64,000 nt of DNA from a virus. The notes beneath the pieces are model-generated. The model saw only the letters and a list, made by a program, of their open reading frames with translations, did no database searches and had not been told where the DNA came from. The position numbers and the translations under genes were made by a program. The stretch lies in IMG/VR virus record IMGVR_UViG_3300042197_000370. One strand, given 5' to 3'. Each line of letters begins with the position of its first letter. The first letter of the stretch is position 1. Shown piece by piece: positions 9,016-18,540 of this stretch.

Positions 9016-9552
9016 TTAATCCCAAAGAGCCCTATAATATTTACCAAACAATTCAAGGCCCTCTTGAATTCTTTCTTCGTGCATTGTGTGTCCAACGTGA
9101 TCATACCAAGTTTGATTTGGATTTTTGTCTACCATTTGATATGTTGCTTCCAACTTACCAGTAATTGGATTAGGATATTGTTTCTCAGTCTTTACCCAGT
9201 CATATTCACTTTTACCATGATGATATTGTGAATCGTAATCTTCTAGTGCTAACTGTTGGAAACTCCAAATCATTTTATCAAGTACTGCGTCCCAACGCTT
9301 ACATCCTTCTTCAAACGATTCGTTATGTGTTTCAGTATAAAATTCGAATGAGGATTGCATGTCATGGTTTGCACCACCTACTTCTGCAAACTCATGGGGT
9401 ATACCATGCTTAGTTGCTTTAAGTTGCAACAGTGCAGGTAGAATAATCAATGCCAATGTATGGTCAAGGTTCCATGTATCGAACCCATCAATTTGAACTG
9501 TTATTTTTCTGTTACCGTTCCCTTTGGGGAACTTTTTCATATCAATTTTCAT
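9016..9552 (-). CDS. Conserved T4-like phage hypothetical protein
   Basis: DTWNLDHTLA...W...LDKMIWSF...GLELFGKYYRALWD. Confidence 0.75.
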   Translation of the reverse strand: MKIDMKKFPKGNGNRKITVQIDGFDTWNLDHTLALIILPALLQLKATKHGIPHEFAEVGGANHDMQSSFEFYTETHNESFEEGCKRWDAVLDKMIWSFQQLALEDYDSQYHHGKSEYDWVKTEKQYPNPITGKLEATYQMVDKNPNQTWYDHVGHTMHEERIQEGLELFGKYYRALWD

Positions 9553-9884
9553 TGAGGTACTGTTTTAACTTTCCCGTTAACAAATACTAGTAGTGCATTG
9601 TCATGTTGAACTTTGGCTACTTTAATTTGGCATCTAGATGCGGCCTCTTCTAATGTAGAACCCTGACATATAAATGCATTATTCTTCTTATTATATACGA
9701 ATATAGTACCGTTGTCAAGTTCAGTGAAGAATGTGGGTACCTCTTCTTCATCCTCATCATCTTCAAGGTCTATGCCTCTACGCTTTGCTTCGTCTAAAAA
9801 TGCAATACGCAAACGTAACAGCAGATATTGAGTTCCAACTATCCATCCTAATGCAAAGATGAACAGATAAATGATAATTTCCAT
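9549..9884 (-). CDS. Hypothetical membrane-anchored protein
   Basis: N-terminal TM helix; coupled overlaps. Confidence 0.7.
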   Translation of the reverse strand: MEIIIYLFIFALGWIVGTQYLLLRLRIAFLDEAKRRGIDLEDDEDEEEVPTFFTELDNGTIFVYNKKNNAFICQGSTLEEAASRCQIKVAKVQHDNALLVFVNGKVKTVPQ

Positions 9885-9888
9885 AATA

Positions 9889-10170
9889 TTATTTATTAAT
9901 GGTAATAGAACTATAGGTCTTGAGTTTTTGGAATTTCTTACGTTTGGCTTTGTTAATGTCTTTCAATGAAACACCTACCTTTTGATCTACAAGCAATTCA
10001 ATCATGGCTTGCAAATCACCGATTTCTTTTTGTAATCGTTGCATATTAGTTTCATCGGTGCCCTGTAGTATTTGGTCAGGGCCAAATCGCATGCATTTAG
10101 ATACCTCTACGATAACCTCTGCACACTCTTCTTGTAAAATAATTAGTATCTCTTTCAATTCGTTGTTCAT
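9889..10170 (-). CDS. mazG: MazG-like NTP pyrophosphohydrolase
   Basis: EECAEVI...EIGDL (ExxE...ExxD). Confidence 0.8.
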   Translation of the reverse strand: MNNELKEILIILQEECAEVIVEVSKCMRFGPDQILQGTDETNMQRLQKEIGDLQAMIELLVDQKVGVSLKDINKAKRKKFQKLKTYSSITINK

Positions 10171-10685
10171 GGTTTCTTTCTACTTGCAGCCTTAGGAGCA
10201 ACATTCTTTTCATGATAAGCGACCCAATCTGTTAGATAGTAGTCATGCTTGACCCAACGTTGAACACCCTTCTTTGGTTCTACTAGAAATCCCCATTCAC
10301 GTACTTGAGGTCCCATAAAAAATAGCGTGGTCGCTGGTTTCTCATCATCTAGTTCTAGCCAATGATACTCTTCAGCGCCACGCTTTATTACACTGCCTGG
10401 ACCTTTCCATTCTCTAAGTGAACCAATCATTTTACCTTCGCTATTGAATAGCGGAGTATGTTCATAATACCCACCCTTCAATACTACAGTCAAATATGGC
10501 CAAGGATGATCATGCATAATAGGATCATCACTACGTACAATCTTATGTAGAGTGACATTAAATGGGAACCATTTACGATCCTTAAGAAAGAGATAATACC
10601 TGTGCATGTAATCAGACCCTGTCCTGCGATCAGGGATCAGTCGATAACGACCTATCTTATCCATTATTTTGTGAAATAGTTTCAT
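10167..10685 (-). CDS. Cupin-fold phage protein
   Basis: LHKI..SDD...HDHPW...GGYYE...YHWLEL. Confidence 0.7.
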   Translation of the reverse strand: MKLFHKIMDKIGRYRLIPDRRTGSDYMHRYYLFLKDRKWFPFNVTLHKIVRSDDPIMHDHPWPYLTVVLKGGYYEHTPLFNSEGKMIGSLREWKGPGSVIKRGAEEYHWLELDDEKPATTLFFMGPQVREWGFLVEPKKGVQRWVKHDYYLTDWVAYHEKNVAPKAASRKKP

Positions 10686-10749
10686 TTTGTTTTCGCAGGT
10701 AGAGAAAGGGGATTTTAGAGGATGACCCCAAACCTTGTCTAATCAATGA

Positions 10750-11013
10750 TTAGACTGAAACGCCCTGACTTGAAAGGGCACGATAGCCAGCGGCAACAAC
10801 CTGACGGCTGGGACGACCAAGGCGATACTTGGTGAAAGTCTCTCCACGGCTATTAGTACGCTTGTTAGCGTAAACTGCGAAACCAGCAAAGCGAAGGCTG
10901 CTGATAGTTGCAGTAGGATTAGCAATCTCAAAGCGAGATGCAATCTGCTTGGCGGTGAGTTGCTCACCATTCTGAAGTGCCTCAAGGAGGCGAGTAGTCT
11001 TACTAACTGTCAT
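10750..11013 (-). CDS. Small winged-helix DNA-binding protein
   Basis: LTAKQIASRF...ATISSLR; AAGAGG SD before ATG 11013. Confidence 0.7.
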   Translation of the reverse strand: MTVSKTTRLLEALQNGEQLTAKQIASRFEIANPTATISSLRFAGFAVYANKRTNSRGETFTKYRLGRPSRQVVAAGYRALSSQGVSV

Positions 11014-11113
11014 AACATTTTTCCTCTTAGTTAAATCGTTATTCTCATAACGTACAAGCATTCTAACATTGTTCTTAGATACTATCAATACAAATTGGTC
11101 AACAACATGCATT

Positions 11114-11971
11114 TCAAATATCCAAAAACTTTAGTTTGAATGTTTCGGCACATTCCTCATAATTTACATAACCACGAGGATTGCACACGATACGGGTAGA
11201 ACCAACCAAATAATCAAATGGGTCATGAGTATGTCCATGAGTCCAAAGTTTAATCTGTGGGTGATCCAAAATAAATTCACTTAGGTCACTACTGTACGCA
11301 CCATTCATTAAGGTATCATCCTTGTATCGAGGATGTGTACTCATCTTAGTTGGTGCATGGTGTCCTACAACCACAAACTTTTCATCAAACTTTCCTTCGA
11401 TAACTGTGCGAATGTAACCCACACTTTCACGATGGCGCGCCGCCACATGTGCCGGCCGCAATTTAGTATAACCATGCTCATCGTTTCTGATGATAACAAA
11501 ATCATTCATCATACTAGATACAGCATGCAGAGTTAGTGGGTCACCCTTGTTCATATCTGTCCAAAGTGTGCAACCAATAAAGGTAATGTCACCGATCTTA
11601 CGGCAATCGTTTTCCATAAAGTAAACATTGGGGAACTTGTCGCATTCGTTACGAAGGTCTTGGATGTTAGTCTTTGGCCACTTACCGTGATAGAACTCAT
11701 GGTTACCTGCCACATAAACAACATGCGGAAACTCAAAACTGCAACGCTTTAAGAAATCTCGAAAACGTTGTGCGGCTTCTTGTCTGCGACCCAATCCTTG
11801 TCCATTAGCAATCATTGACCGCTCAATAGGATTTGCAGGCTCTGGATGATCATGCATATCTTGGGCAATCATAATATCCCCGCTAAGGATTAGGACCTCT
11901 GCACCGTCGGTGTTCTTGAGGTTAATATCACCAAACTCTAAATGTAGATCACTGGCTAATGCTACTCTCAT
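11114..11971 (-). CDS. Calcineurin-like metallophosphoesterase
   Basis: DLH, GD, GNHE, HH and HGHTH motifs all present. Confidence 0.9.
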   Translation of the reverse strand: MRVALASDLHLEFGDINLKNTDGAEVLILSGDIMIAQDMHDHPEPANPIERSMIANGQGLGRRQEAAQRFRDFLKRCSFEFPHVVYVAGNHEFYHGKWPKTNIQDLRNECDKFPNVYFMENDCRKIGDITFIGCTLWTDMNKGDPLTLHAVSSMMNDFVIIRNDEHGYTKLRPAHVAARHRESVGYIRTVIEGKFDEKFVVVGHHAPTKMSTHPRYKDDTLMNGAYSSDLSEFILDHPQIKLWTHGHTHDPFDYLVGSTRIVCNPRGYVNYEECAETFKLKFLDI

Positions 11972-11980
11972 TTTATTTCC

Positions 11981-12397
11981 TTATGATATATCTTCTGCTT
12001 TTCCATTTGGGAATTTTGAACTTGCAAAACGTACAATCAAAACGCTAATTGATAGTACCAACGTTGTTGCACCTAACCCAACTATTTCCCAAATATTACT
12101 AGGATGTGTAACCAAGTCAACTAAATGTCTAGTCAATGCTGTAATTGCAATATAGATTAGAAATCTAACAGGCATATGATTAGTCTTAAAATAGATACCA
12201 ACCATTGCTCCAATTTCTAAGTAGATAAACAATAACAATAAGTCTTGTATTGATGCATGGTGTTTTTGAAACAATTCAACAAAAGTAAATCCTGCCGCAT
12301 ATACTGTGGCAGCACCAATACCAAACAATGCTAGTCTATGAAATAGACCAACTAAAAAGTTACCTACATTATCTAAATCATTCAGTTGTTTATTCAT
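11981..12397 (-). CDS. psiE: Phosphate-starvation-inducible PsiE-family membrane protein
   Basis: LLLFIYLE...HMPVRFLIYIAITALTR; four TM helices. Confidence 0.85.
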   Translation of the reverse strand: MNKQLNDLDNVGNFLVGLFHRLALFGIGAATVYAAGFTFVELFQKHHASIQDLLLLFIYLEIGAMVGIYFKTNHMPVRFLIYIAITALTRHLVDLVTHPSNIWEIVGLGATTLVLSISVLIVRFASSKFPNGKAEDIS

Positions 12398-12947
12398 TTC
12401 TTTTATTTCTGTGCTCCTCACACAATGTTGTAATCCATCCACCGCCACCTGTAGTACCAGGCTTACCGCATGTTTCGCATGTTACGCCTGACATTGCTTC
12501 TGCCATTGCTTCAACACCTCTTGTATAATCGTCACCGCCACTTGTGTAGAAACGTAGTGTACCAAACTTTTCTTTAACTTGTGTAGCAACTACTTGCGGT
12601 ACAGCCTTACCAACTTCTCTAAATGTAGACTTAACAATATCTTCTTCCACATGTTGCAAAGTCCATTCGTTGGCTACACCACGATAACTATGATACTTAA
12701 TTAAAGGTTCTTTGTTTCCGTCAAGTGCTTTCTTCAAGGCACGATTAAACTTCATAGCGTTAGCACGTTGTTTTCTAGACCAATCAATATGACCTTGAAT
12801 CAATGAACATGCATTGTTAAGAATTTCATACCAACCATCACCGCATTCAAAACCCCAACACATTGCTGTAGTTCGCATGTCGGCATAACGATTAGCAAAA
12901 ATCTTTGGATACTTCTTACAAAGTTCTTGATCTAGTTCGGGACTCAT
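12390..12947 (-). CDS. Conserved phage hypothetical protein with C-terminal Zn ribbon
   Basis: GDGW, QVKEKFGTLRFY, CETCG...LCEEH. Confidence 0.8.
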   Translation of the reverse strand: MSPELDQELCKKYPKIFANRYADMRTTAMCWGFECGDGWYEILNNACSLIQGHIDWSRKQRANAMKFNRALKKALDGNKEPLIKYHSYRGVANEWTLQHVEEDIVKSTFREVGKAVPQVVATQVKEKFGTLRFYTSGGDDYTRGVEAMAEAMSGVTCETCGKPGTTGGGGWITTLCEEHRNKRNE

Positions 12948-13183
12948 ATATCACTTTTTTTAAACTTCTTTAATTCTTCAGTGCATTTTTTAATTGTACA
13001 TTCGACCATACCTAAATCATAAGTGGTGAATGCACAATTAGTGGGCGATTGTGCAACAACTTTGATACATTCATCAAGTAATGTATCTACAAATTTTTCA
13101 AAACTATCTGCGGGCATCCATCGTCCGCTTACATCTGGTTTAAATCCTATGTCTTTTGCGATTTCTCGTATTCTTTCATTCAT
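12944..13183 (-). CDS. Hypothetical protein (MNERIRE family)
   Basis: Track ORF trimmed to ATG 13183. Confidence 0.65.
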   Translation of the reverse strand: MNERIREIAKDIGFKPDVSGRWMPADSFEKFVDTLLDECIKVVAQSPTNCAFTTYDLGMVECTIKKCTEELKKFKKSDI

Positions 13184-13191
13184 GTATGTCC

Positions 13192-13503
13192 TTAAAGTTT
13201 TAGCGATTCCCAAATCGCTGTTTTTTCTAAATCACTTTGAAATTCGGGATAAACTATATCTAAATGATTTTTATCTACCTCATTATAACCCCGTTTACGT
13301 TTTTTTGCAAACATTTCGGACGCATCGTAACTAGTACATGTTACAATTTTTGTCTGTAACTTTGCTCCTCGTCTACCCCAAAATGTAAGATACGTATTAG
13401 AATGTATGGGCCAACCACTTCCCGTTCCTTCTGCAAGAAATATAATACCCCAAACTTTATCGTGCTTATCTTCTTTGCACCAACCTATATGTAAGAATTT
13501 CAT
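13192..13503 (-). CDS. WGR-domain-like protein
   Basis: HDKVW...FWGRRG...KKRKRGY. Confidence 0.65.
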   Translation of the reverse strand: MKFLHIGWCKEDKHDKVWGIIFLAEGTGSGWPIHSNTYLTFWGRRGAKLQTKIVTCTSYDASEMFAKKRKRGYNEVDKNHLDIVYPEFQSDLEKTAIWESLKL

Positions 13504-13700
13504 AACCATTTCAATGCAAACATGGTTGCATCCTTACCTTCTTTAAAATAAAAATATGTTTTGTTATGTTGATAAACAACGTGCCATCTACCTTTAAATG
13601 TACCTAACTGCGCACCTAACCATACTTCTATCTCAGTAACAGAATCAGGCTTATCTAACATTAATTTATAAGGCCATATTTCTCTGTTGAGTTCTCTCAT
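13500..13700 (-). CDS. Small phage protein (paralogue of 7724-7927)
   Basis: EVWL...W...FYFKEGKDATMFALKW. Confidence 0.7.
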   Translation of the reverse strand: MRELNREIWPYKLMLDKPDSVTEIEVWLGAQLGTFKGRWHVVYQHNKTYFYFKEGKDATMFALKWL

Positions 13701-14080
13701 ACATTAAACCCTGCATTACGCAATTCATTTAATGCCGAATTTCGTGTTTTTGGGTCTACGTTTAACTTAATGGATTTACCATTATCAAGGGTATCGCACA
13801 AGTCTTTGGCTTCTTTTAGACTGTAGCCACCCACACTACGCAATGCCTTAATGCGCCAAACCTTGTTGGCATGTATGCTACAAGTGTGGATAGTGATAAT
13901 GCCGTTGAATTCACCGGTCAACATTGAAAAGAAAATTTGACCCTTAACATCGGGGTCAAGGACACTTGCGATACTGTCCCAAAGTTTCATACCTTCATCA
14001 GTGCCATAGGCATCTGTAATGGTACGCATAAAGTTGATACCACTTTGAATGATTTCTTGTTTATGCTCGGCGGGAATCAT
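13697..14080 (-). CDS. Protein with ribosomal bL12 (L7/L12) C-terminal-like domain
   Basis: NKVWRIKALRSVGGYSLKEAKDLCD resembles the bL12 KI.VIK.VR..TGLGLKEAK.LV motif; start ATG 14080. Confidence 0.7.
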   Translation of the reverse strand: MIPAEHKQEIIQSGINFMRTITDAYGTDEGMKLWDSIASVLDPDVKGQIFFSMLTGEFNGIITIHTCSIHANKVWRIKALRSVGGYSLKEAKDLCDTLDNGKSIKLNVDPKTRNSALNELRNAGFNV

Positions 14081-14081
14081 A

Positions 14082-14507
14082 TTAGCCTCGGCGCATGCGT
14101 GAGATTTCCATAGCCTGCTCGTCATTGATAACAGGCACCGCATTAGACTTGTGCATAGTAGCGATACCCTTGATAAGAGTACCGGTATACTTGATACTTT
14201 CCTTCTTAGCACATGCGTTGGGGTCACCCATAGTTACAAGGCTAGGGATATGTTGTGTGTCACGGCGATAAGGAGTACCAGTGTCAGTAGGCAACTTGAC
14301 GTTACTAGACTTAGTAACCTTGGGACCGCGACCGTGTACGTAATCCACAAACTCATCGAACGATACAGGACGCATGCCTATACTTTTGAGGAACTTGTTG
14401 TGCTTGACATGACGTTCCTGCAGGTCGGCAATCTTAGCCTTAGTCATTTTGACAACAGGCTTGCGAGTATTGAGTGTGGAAATACCACGTATAAGATGCA
14501 TTGTCAT
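14082..14507 (-). CDS. Conserved T4-like phage hypothetical protein
   Basis: YTGTLIKGIATMHKSNAVPV...ISRMRRG. Confidence 0.75.
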   Translation of the reverse strand: MTMHLIRGISTLNTRKPVVKMTKAKIADLQERHVKHNKFLKSIGMRPVSFDEFVDYVHGRGPKVTKSSNVKLPTDTGTPYRRDTQHIPSLVTMGDPNACAKKESIKYTGTLIKGIATMHKSNAVPVINDEQAMEISRMRRG

Positions 14508-14513
14508 AATCGT

Positions 14514-14542
14514 ATTATAACACAGAATTTAAATGTTTGCAA
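14514..14542 (-). promoter_or_regulatory. sigma70-type promoter TTGCAA-17-TATAAT
   Basis: Perfect -10, 17-nt spacer. Confidence 0.6.
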
Positions 14543-14844
14543 GTACCCCGAAACGTAAAGCCACTGCAAGTGCAGGTCTTGTTGTCCGAATCCACAAAAT
14601 ACTTGTCACCTTTGCTACCGATGACCTCAATCAGATTGGACTTAATCTCAACCTTAAATGGGTTAGACTTAAGTGCAACAAACTTGCGACCACGCCGGTC
14701 AAGGCGCAATGGCTTGCTAAAGTAAAACGGCTTGCCCTTACCAAACTTGAGGTATGCGTGGGCAAAGTCACCATCCATTAGATAGACATGATTGGGCTGA
14801 CGATACTCAACATCCCAAACTGTAACCTCACGCATTGCCTGCAT
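14515..14844 (-). CDS. SWIM zinc-finger protein
   Basis: CTCSGFTFRGTCKH. Confidence 0.8.
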   Translation of the reverse strand: MQAMREVTVWDVEYRQPNHVYLMDGDFAHAYLKFGKGKPFYFSKPLRLDRRGRKFVALKSNPFKVEIKSNLIEVIGSKGDKYFVDSDNKTCTCSGFTFRGTCKHLNSVL

Positions 14845-15269
14845 TATACTGTCTCCTCTAAAGATACAAGAGCCTCAGTCAACAAAACAAAATCACGACC
14901 ATGATCAGATACAAACCAAGTAGCAACACCGTCAACTTGACGCAGGATGTAGTCGAATTCCTCGCCCTGAAAGTTGGTCTTGTAGTCTGCAAAATCCTTG
15001 AAGTAGCGAGCCTCGATACCGGTCTCACCACGATCACGACCATAGAATGTGCAGTCATCCGTACGTGCATCAAAATCATGTTTGGTACCAATATTGTCAC
15101 CCAAACTTGACAGGTCACCAAGGTCGATCAAGTCACGCAACTTGAACGGGTCAGTGTAGTTTTTTTGCAACAGTACTCCGTTGTTTTCTAGATAACCATC
15201 CCAATGACAATAAACTTGTCCAACGGTACCGTCAGCGAATTCAAGTGCAATAGTAGAGCGAGTAGCCAT
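14844..15269 (-). CDS. Conserved phage hypothetical protein (M.TRS.I...YCHWDGY family)
   Basis: Motif recognition; downstream of a promoter cassette. Confidence 0.8.
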   Translation of the reverse strand: MATRSTIALEFADGTVGQVYCHWDGYLENNGVLLQKNYTDPFKLRDLIDLGDLSSLGDNIGTKHDFDARTDDCTFYGRDRGETGIEARYFKDFADYKTNFQGEEFDYILRQVDGVATWFVSDHGRDFVLLTEALVSLEETV

Positions 15270-15300
15270 TTGTGAGTCCTTTAATTAACTGTCTAAGATT

Positions 15301-15334
15301 GTATTATATACCCAAATCCATTTATTGTCAAGCC
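15301..15334 (-). promoter_or_regulatory. Repeated early promoter cassette copy 1 (GGCTTGACA-ATAAATGGATTTGGGTA-TATAATAC)
   Basis: Perfect TTGACA-17-TATAAT; spacer shared with copies at 15606, 33771 and 34474. Confidence 0.9.
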
Positions 15335-15577
15335 TTAGGCAGTGATTGGTTCACTGTACCAGCCCTCACGCTCAATCTTACGCTTGGCTGACAGCATAGC
15401 CTTACGATGTGCCATAAATTCGGGGGTAGGGGTAGCATGAATGCCACCCATTGCGATCATTGCAAGCAGGGCAGTGTCACGTTTTGCATATGTTTTTACC
15501 GCATCAACTGGGATCATGAATTGACGACCAGATGTATCAGCATTCTTAAAAACGGGACTAGTGTACAGAACCTTCAT
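15335..15577 (-). CDS. Hypothetical protein
   Basis: GGAG SD; downstream of cassette copy 2. Confidence 0.75.
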   Translation of the reverse strand: MKVLYTSPVFKNADTSGRQFMIPVDAVKTYAKRDTALLAMIAMGGIHATPTPEFMAHRKAMLSAKRKIEREGWYSEPITA

Positions 15578-15605
15578 GTCAGACTCCTTTAATCAATCAA
15601 TACAC

Positions 15606-15636
15606 GTATTATATACCCAAATCCATTTATTGTCAA
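15606..15636 (-). promoter_or_regulatory. Repeated early promoter cassette copy 2
   Basis: TTGACA(15636-15631)-17-TATAAT(15613-15608); spacer identical to copy 1. Confidence 0.9.
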
Positions 15637-15638
15637 CC

Positions 15639-15914
15639 TTAATCGCCACTGTCAATCTCGTGGCTAGATCCACAATGCTTACAGGTGTAACGGGTAAGAC
15701 AGCGGCCTACAGTAGCACTAGTGTACTCATGCTTACAGGGAGTTCCATCAGGTCGAAGGGGTACCTGACCAGTTGCACGACCGTACATGTGTTGACCACC
15801 GCAGTTGGTACAAGCCCTATGTGTCTTATCCTTGTTCCAACTGTACTTCAATTCATCGGTCGTTAATGGAACTTCCTTAGTACCATTACAAACTGGGCAA
15901 ACTCCGTATTCCAT
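15639..15914 (-). CDS. Cys-rich zinc-finger protein (CPVCNGT...CTNCGG...CKHCG)
   Basis: Start moved to ATG 15914 behind an AGGAG SD. Confidence 0.75.
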   Translation of the reverse strand: MEYGVCPVCNGTKEVPLTTDELKYSWNKDKTHRACTNCGGQHMYGRATGQVPLRPDGTPCKHEYTSATVGRCLTRYTCKHCGSSHEIDSGD

Positions 15915-15943
15915 ATATGCTCCTAAAACTCTAGTGTATATGT

Positions 15944-15989
15944 GTATTATACGCCCAAATTGAATATTTGTCAAGCCTCAAAAAGGCTT
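15944..15989 (-). promoter_or_regulatory. Early promoter cassette copy 3 with abutting hairpin AAGCCT-5-AGGCTT
   Basis: TTGACA(15974-15969)-17-TATAAT(15951-15946). Confidence 0.85.
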
Positions 15990-15995
15990 TATAAA

Positions 15996-16988
15996 TCAAT
16001 GACTTACGTTCCAGCCACTTTGGTCTTTAGATACATAGTCTGCTAATAGTTTATTATTATAAACTAGTCTAGGATATAGGGATTTTCTAAGGTCTTTGAT
16101 ATCATCTACTGTTGGATACTTATTGTACATTTTCTTCAGTAATGATAGAACCCTCAATTGATATGTACCGGGGTGCGATTCATTATAACTATGACCATCT
16201 AGTACGTCATCAAATACATCAAAACCCAACTTACGCATTCTTTCAACATAGCCCTTGCCACTTACAAATATAGGAAGTTGATGCCATGCAAATGCCTTAA
16301 AACCCTTTTCAGTGATACGTATTTCAGGATTATCAGGATCATTTGTTTCTAATACAACATTCATTAAACATCTAAAAAGTTTTTTACCGGGCGGTGAATG
16401 TACAGTATCAGTCCATGGTTGAAATCTATTATCTTCTTGACCTATACCAAACACATCTATAGTTATGGGAAGTTTATATGGTTTCAAAATATCTTTAATG
16501 GATTTATCAATTCCGCCGTTAAATCCAAAACTTACTAAGGCTCTATCTCCAAATAAATCTAAAATATCTTTAGTGTATAATGCTCTACTAAGTGATGGTC
16601 TATGCACAAGAGACAATACATGATAGTGAATATCGATGTTTTCCCAATCGATATTTTTAGATTCTAACTTGCTATACCAATGGTACCAATTACATACTCC
16701 TGATGTATAATCAGAAATTACTTCGTATCCATCTAATGCATGTTTAGCATCAACGTTTAGAATTATTTTTACTTGATTTGGATTTAGTTTTAATTTTTTA
16801 ATAATTCCTTTGGCGATGTTGATAGACATTTCACCTTCGCCAGTGCCGTCAATGATTAATTTTTCATCTGTTAATTTAATCTTTTCGCAGATATAATTTA
16901 TTCTATCAGTGAAACTAATTGTAGGCTTTCTTTTAGTTAAAGCCATACTTTCATGCATTAGATGAATAAGAATCTCTTTAGGCATCAA
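15996..16988 (-). CDS. Putative glycosyltransferase-like protein (TEK...P.F..G...LR..GF..F family)
   Basis: [20 protein letters not shown]...LGFDVFDD; paralogue of 41407-42612. Confidence 0.5.
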   Translation of the reverse strand: MMPKEILIHLMHESMALTKRKPTISFTDRINYICEKIKLTDEKLIIDGTGEGEMSINIAKGIIKKLKLNPNQVKIILNVDAKHALDGYEVISDYTSGVCNWYHWYSKLESKNIDWENIDIHYHVLSLVHRPSLSRALYTKDILDLFGDRALVSFGFNGGIDKSIKDILKPYKLPITIDVFGIGQEDNRFQPWTDTVHSPPGKKLFRCLMNVVLETNDPDNPEIRITEKGFKAFAWHQLPIFVSGKGYVERMRKLGFDVFDDVLDGHSYNESHPGTYQLRVLSLLKKMYNKYPTVDDIKDLRKSLYPRLVYNNKLLADYVSKDQSGWNVSH

Positions 16989-17575
16989 TCACGTTTGTTA
17001 ATTACCTTATCAGCAAGTCCGTAATCTACGGCTTCTTGTGCTGACATAAAGAAATCACGTTCCATATCATGTTGCAATTGCATGTACGTTCTGTTCTTTG
17101 TATTATGCTTGACATAAATTTCTGTCAATGATTTCTTCATGGCGAGAATTTCTTTGACTTGAATTTCCATGTCAGTTGCCTGACCACGTGCGCCACCACT
17201 TGGTTGGTGAATCATATGCCGTGCATGTGGTAGAATCAATCGTTTACCCTTAGCACCAGCCTGTGCAAGCAAACTGCCCATGCTACAAGCCTGACCCATA
17301 ACAATTGTACTAACGTCAGGTTTAATGAATTGAATAGTGTCATAGATAGCCATACCAGCAGTCACACTACCGCCCGGGCTATTAATATAAAGACTGATAT
17401 CCTTATCAGGGTTTTCACTTTCAAGGAACAATAACTGTGCGACAATCAAGTTTGCCATTTGGTCATGCACTTCGCCTTCAAGCAAAATTACACGGTCACG
17501 CAATAGGCGACTATAGATATCATAACTGCGCTCACCGCGACTTGTTTGTTCCAAAACGATAGGTACTAGACTCAT
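16985..17575 (-). CDS. clpP: ATP-dependent Clp protease proteolytic subunit
   Basis: [20 protein letters not shown] (Ser), MIHQP (His), ERDFFM. Confidence 0.97.
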   Translation of the reverse strand: MSLVPIVLEQTSRGERSYDIYSRLLRDRVILLEGEVHDQMANLIVAQLLFLESENPDKDISLYINSPGGSVTAGMAIYDTIQFIKPDVSTIVMGQACSMGSLLAQAGAKGKRLILPHARHMIHQPSGGARGQATDMEIQVKEILAMKKSLTEIYVKHNTKNRTYMQLQHDMERDFFMSAQEAVDYGLADKVINKRD

Positions 17576-17599
17576 AAAATTCCTCTACTGTAAAACTAC

Positions 17600-17628
17600 A
17601 TTATAACTAAATTTGTTATGTTTGTCAC
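17600..17628 (-). promoter_or_regulatory. sigma70-type promoter for clpP (GTGACA-17-TATAAT)
   Basis: Near-consensus. Confidence 0.65.
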
Positions 17629-18518
17629 TATATTATGGTAACTTTGGAAACACATTGACGTTTACGTAATTCAGTATATGGATCAAAGTGTTTGGACAAT
17701 AAATCTGCAACCGGTATGTTACCCGGTCTATTATGTGGGTGAGACAACGGTAACCCTTTACTATCAAAAAAATCTTTATTCTTTTCATAGTACTCTTTCA
17801 TTTTTATTCTATTTGCTTTCCATGTCTCTTTTGATGTTCCAAAAAATCTAACAACAAAATCTGCGGTGTAGTGTACAAAGGGTTTGTATGCATCTTCACC
17901 GATATATTGATCGTTATCTGTAGCCAAATCTTCTAGTGTCTTTCCTATTTCCACATATAACAAATATATGGTACCGGGTTCGTAATAGTCAGTAAAATGA
18001 TTGTAATCTTCTGCTTCCAACTTATCGTTACGATTCATACCAAACCAAGTAACAATGTGTCTAGGCATAATCCTTCTGCCTGATCCTTCTACAAAAGATT
18101 CGCAACGATGTACTTCAATGTTCAGTTGTGCCAATGCTTTTTGTACATACTCAGGAGCCCCAATATAGAAATCATGTGGCTGTCCTAACAATCCATGATA
18201 TACTTCAAATATATGATGTAAAAAATTCAACGTGTCTTGGTCAACATTTTGATCTACACGCCGTTTTATAATAGGACTGTACTCGTCAATAATGTCACAA
18301 CAACGATTGATTGCCTCTATTGCCTTAGTCTTTTCTGCTATGTAATCATCAAACCCATAGAAACGATTTGGTTGATCTATGTTATAATTCTCAATACAAG
18401 TAGCAACCTTGCTAGCCCATTTTTGTGCTATGTTTGTATTTCTTATTTTGTATTTTAATGTTATGGGTTCTACTGACCCGTTAAGACTGGAATACTCTAT
18501 GTGTATTTCTTTATACAT
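17628..18518 (-). CDS. Hypothetical protein (296 aa)
   Basis: ORF track; ATATATA variant 5 nt before the AUG. Confidence 0.75.
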   Translation of the reverse strand: MYKEIHIEYSSLNGSVEPITLKYKIRNTNIAQKWASKVATCIENYNIDQPNRFYGFDDYIAEKTKAIEAINRCCDIIDEYSPIIKRRVDQNVDQDTLNFLHHIFEVYHGLLGQPHDFYIGAPEYVQKALAQLNIEVHRCESFVEGSGRRIMPRHIVTWFGMNRNDKLEAEDYNHFTDYYEPGTIYLLYVEIGKTLEDLATDNDQYIGEDAYKPFVHYTADFVVRFFGTSKETWKANRIKMKEYYEKNKDFFDSKGLPLSHPHNRPGNIPVADLLSKHFDPYTELRKRQCVSKVTII

Positions 18519-18540
18519 AGAGATATATATGATCTAAATT

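Noticed and set aside
10705-10735. Possible terminator GGGG...CCCC after the wHTH gene
   Set aside because: Only a 4-bp stem with a long loop and an interrupted U-tract; too weak to call.
13697-14227. Long N-terminal extensions in track ORFs (also 10750-11112, 15639-15974, 32084-32416, 59753-60598)
   Set aside because: The extensions overlap upstream genes or promoters. Downstream ATGs with SDs or coupled stops are better starts.
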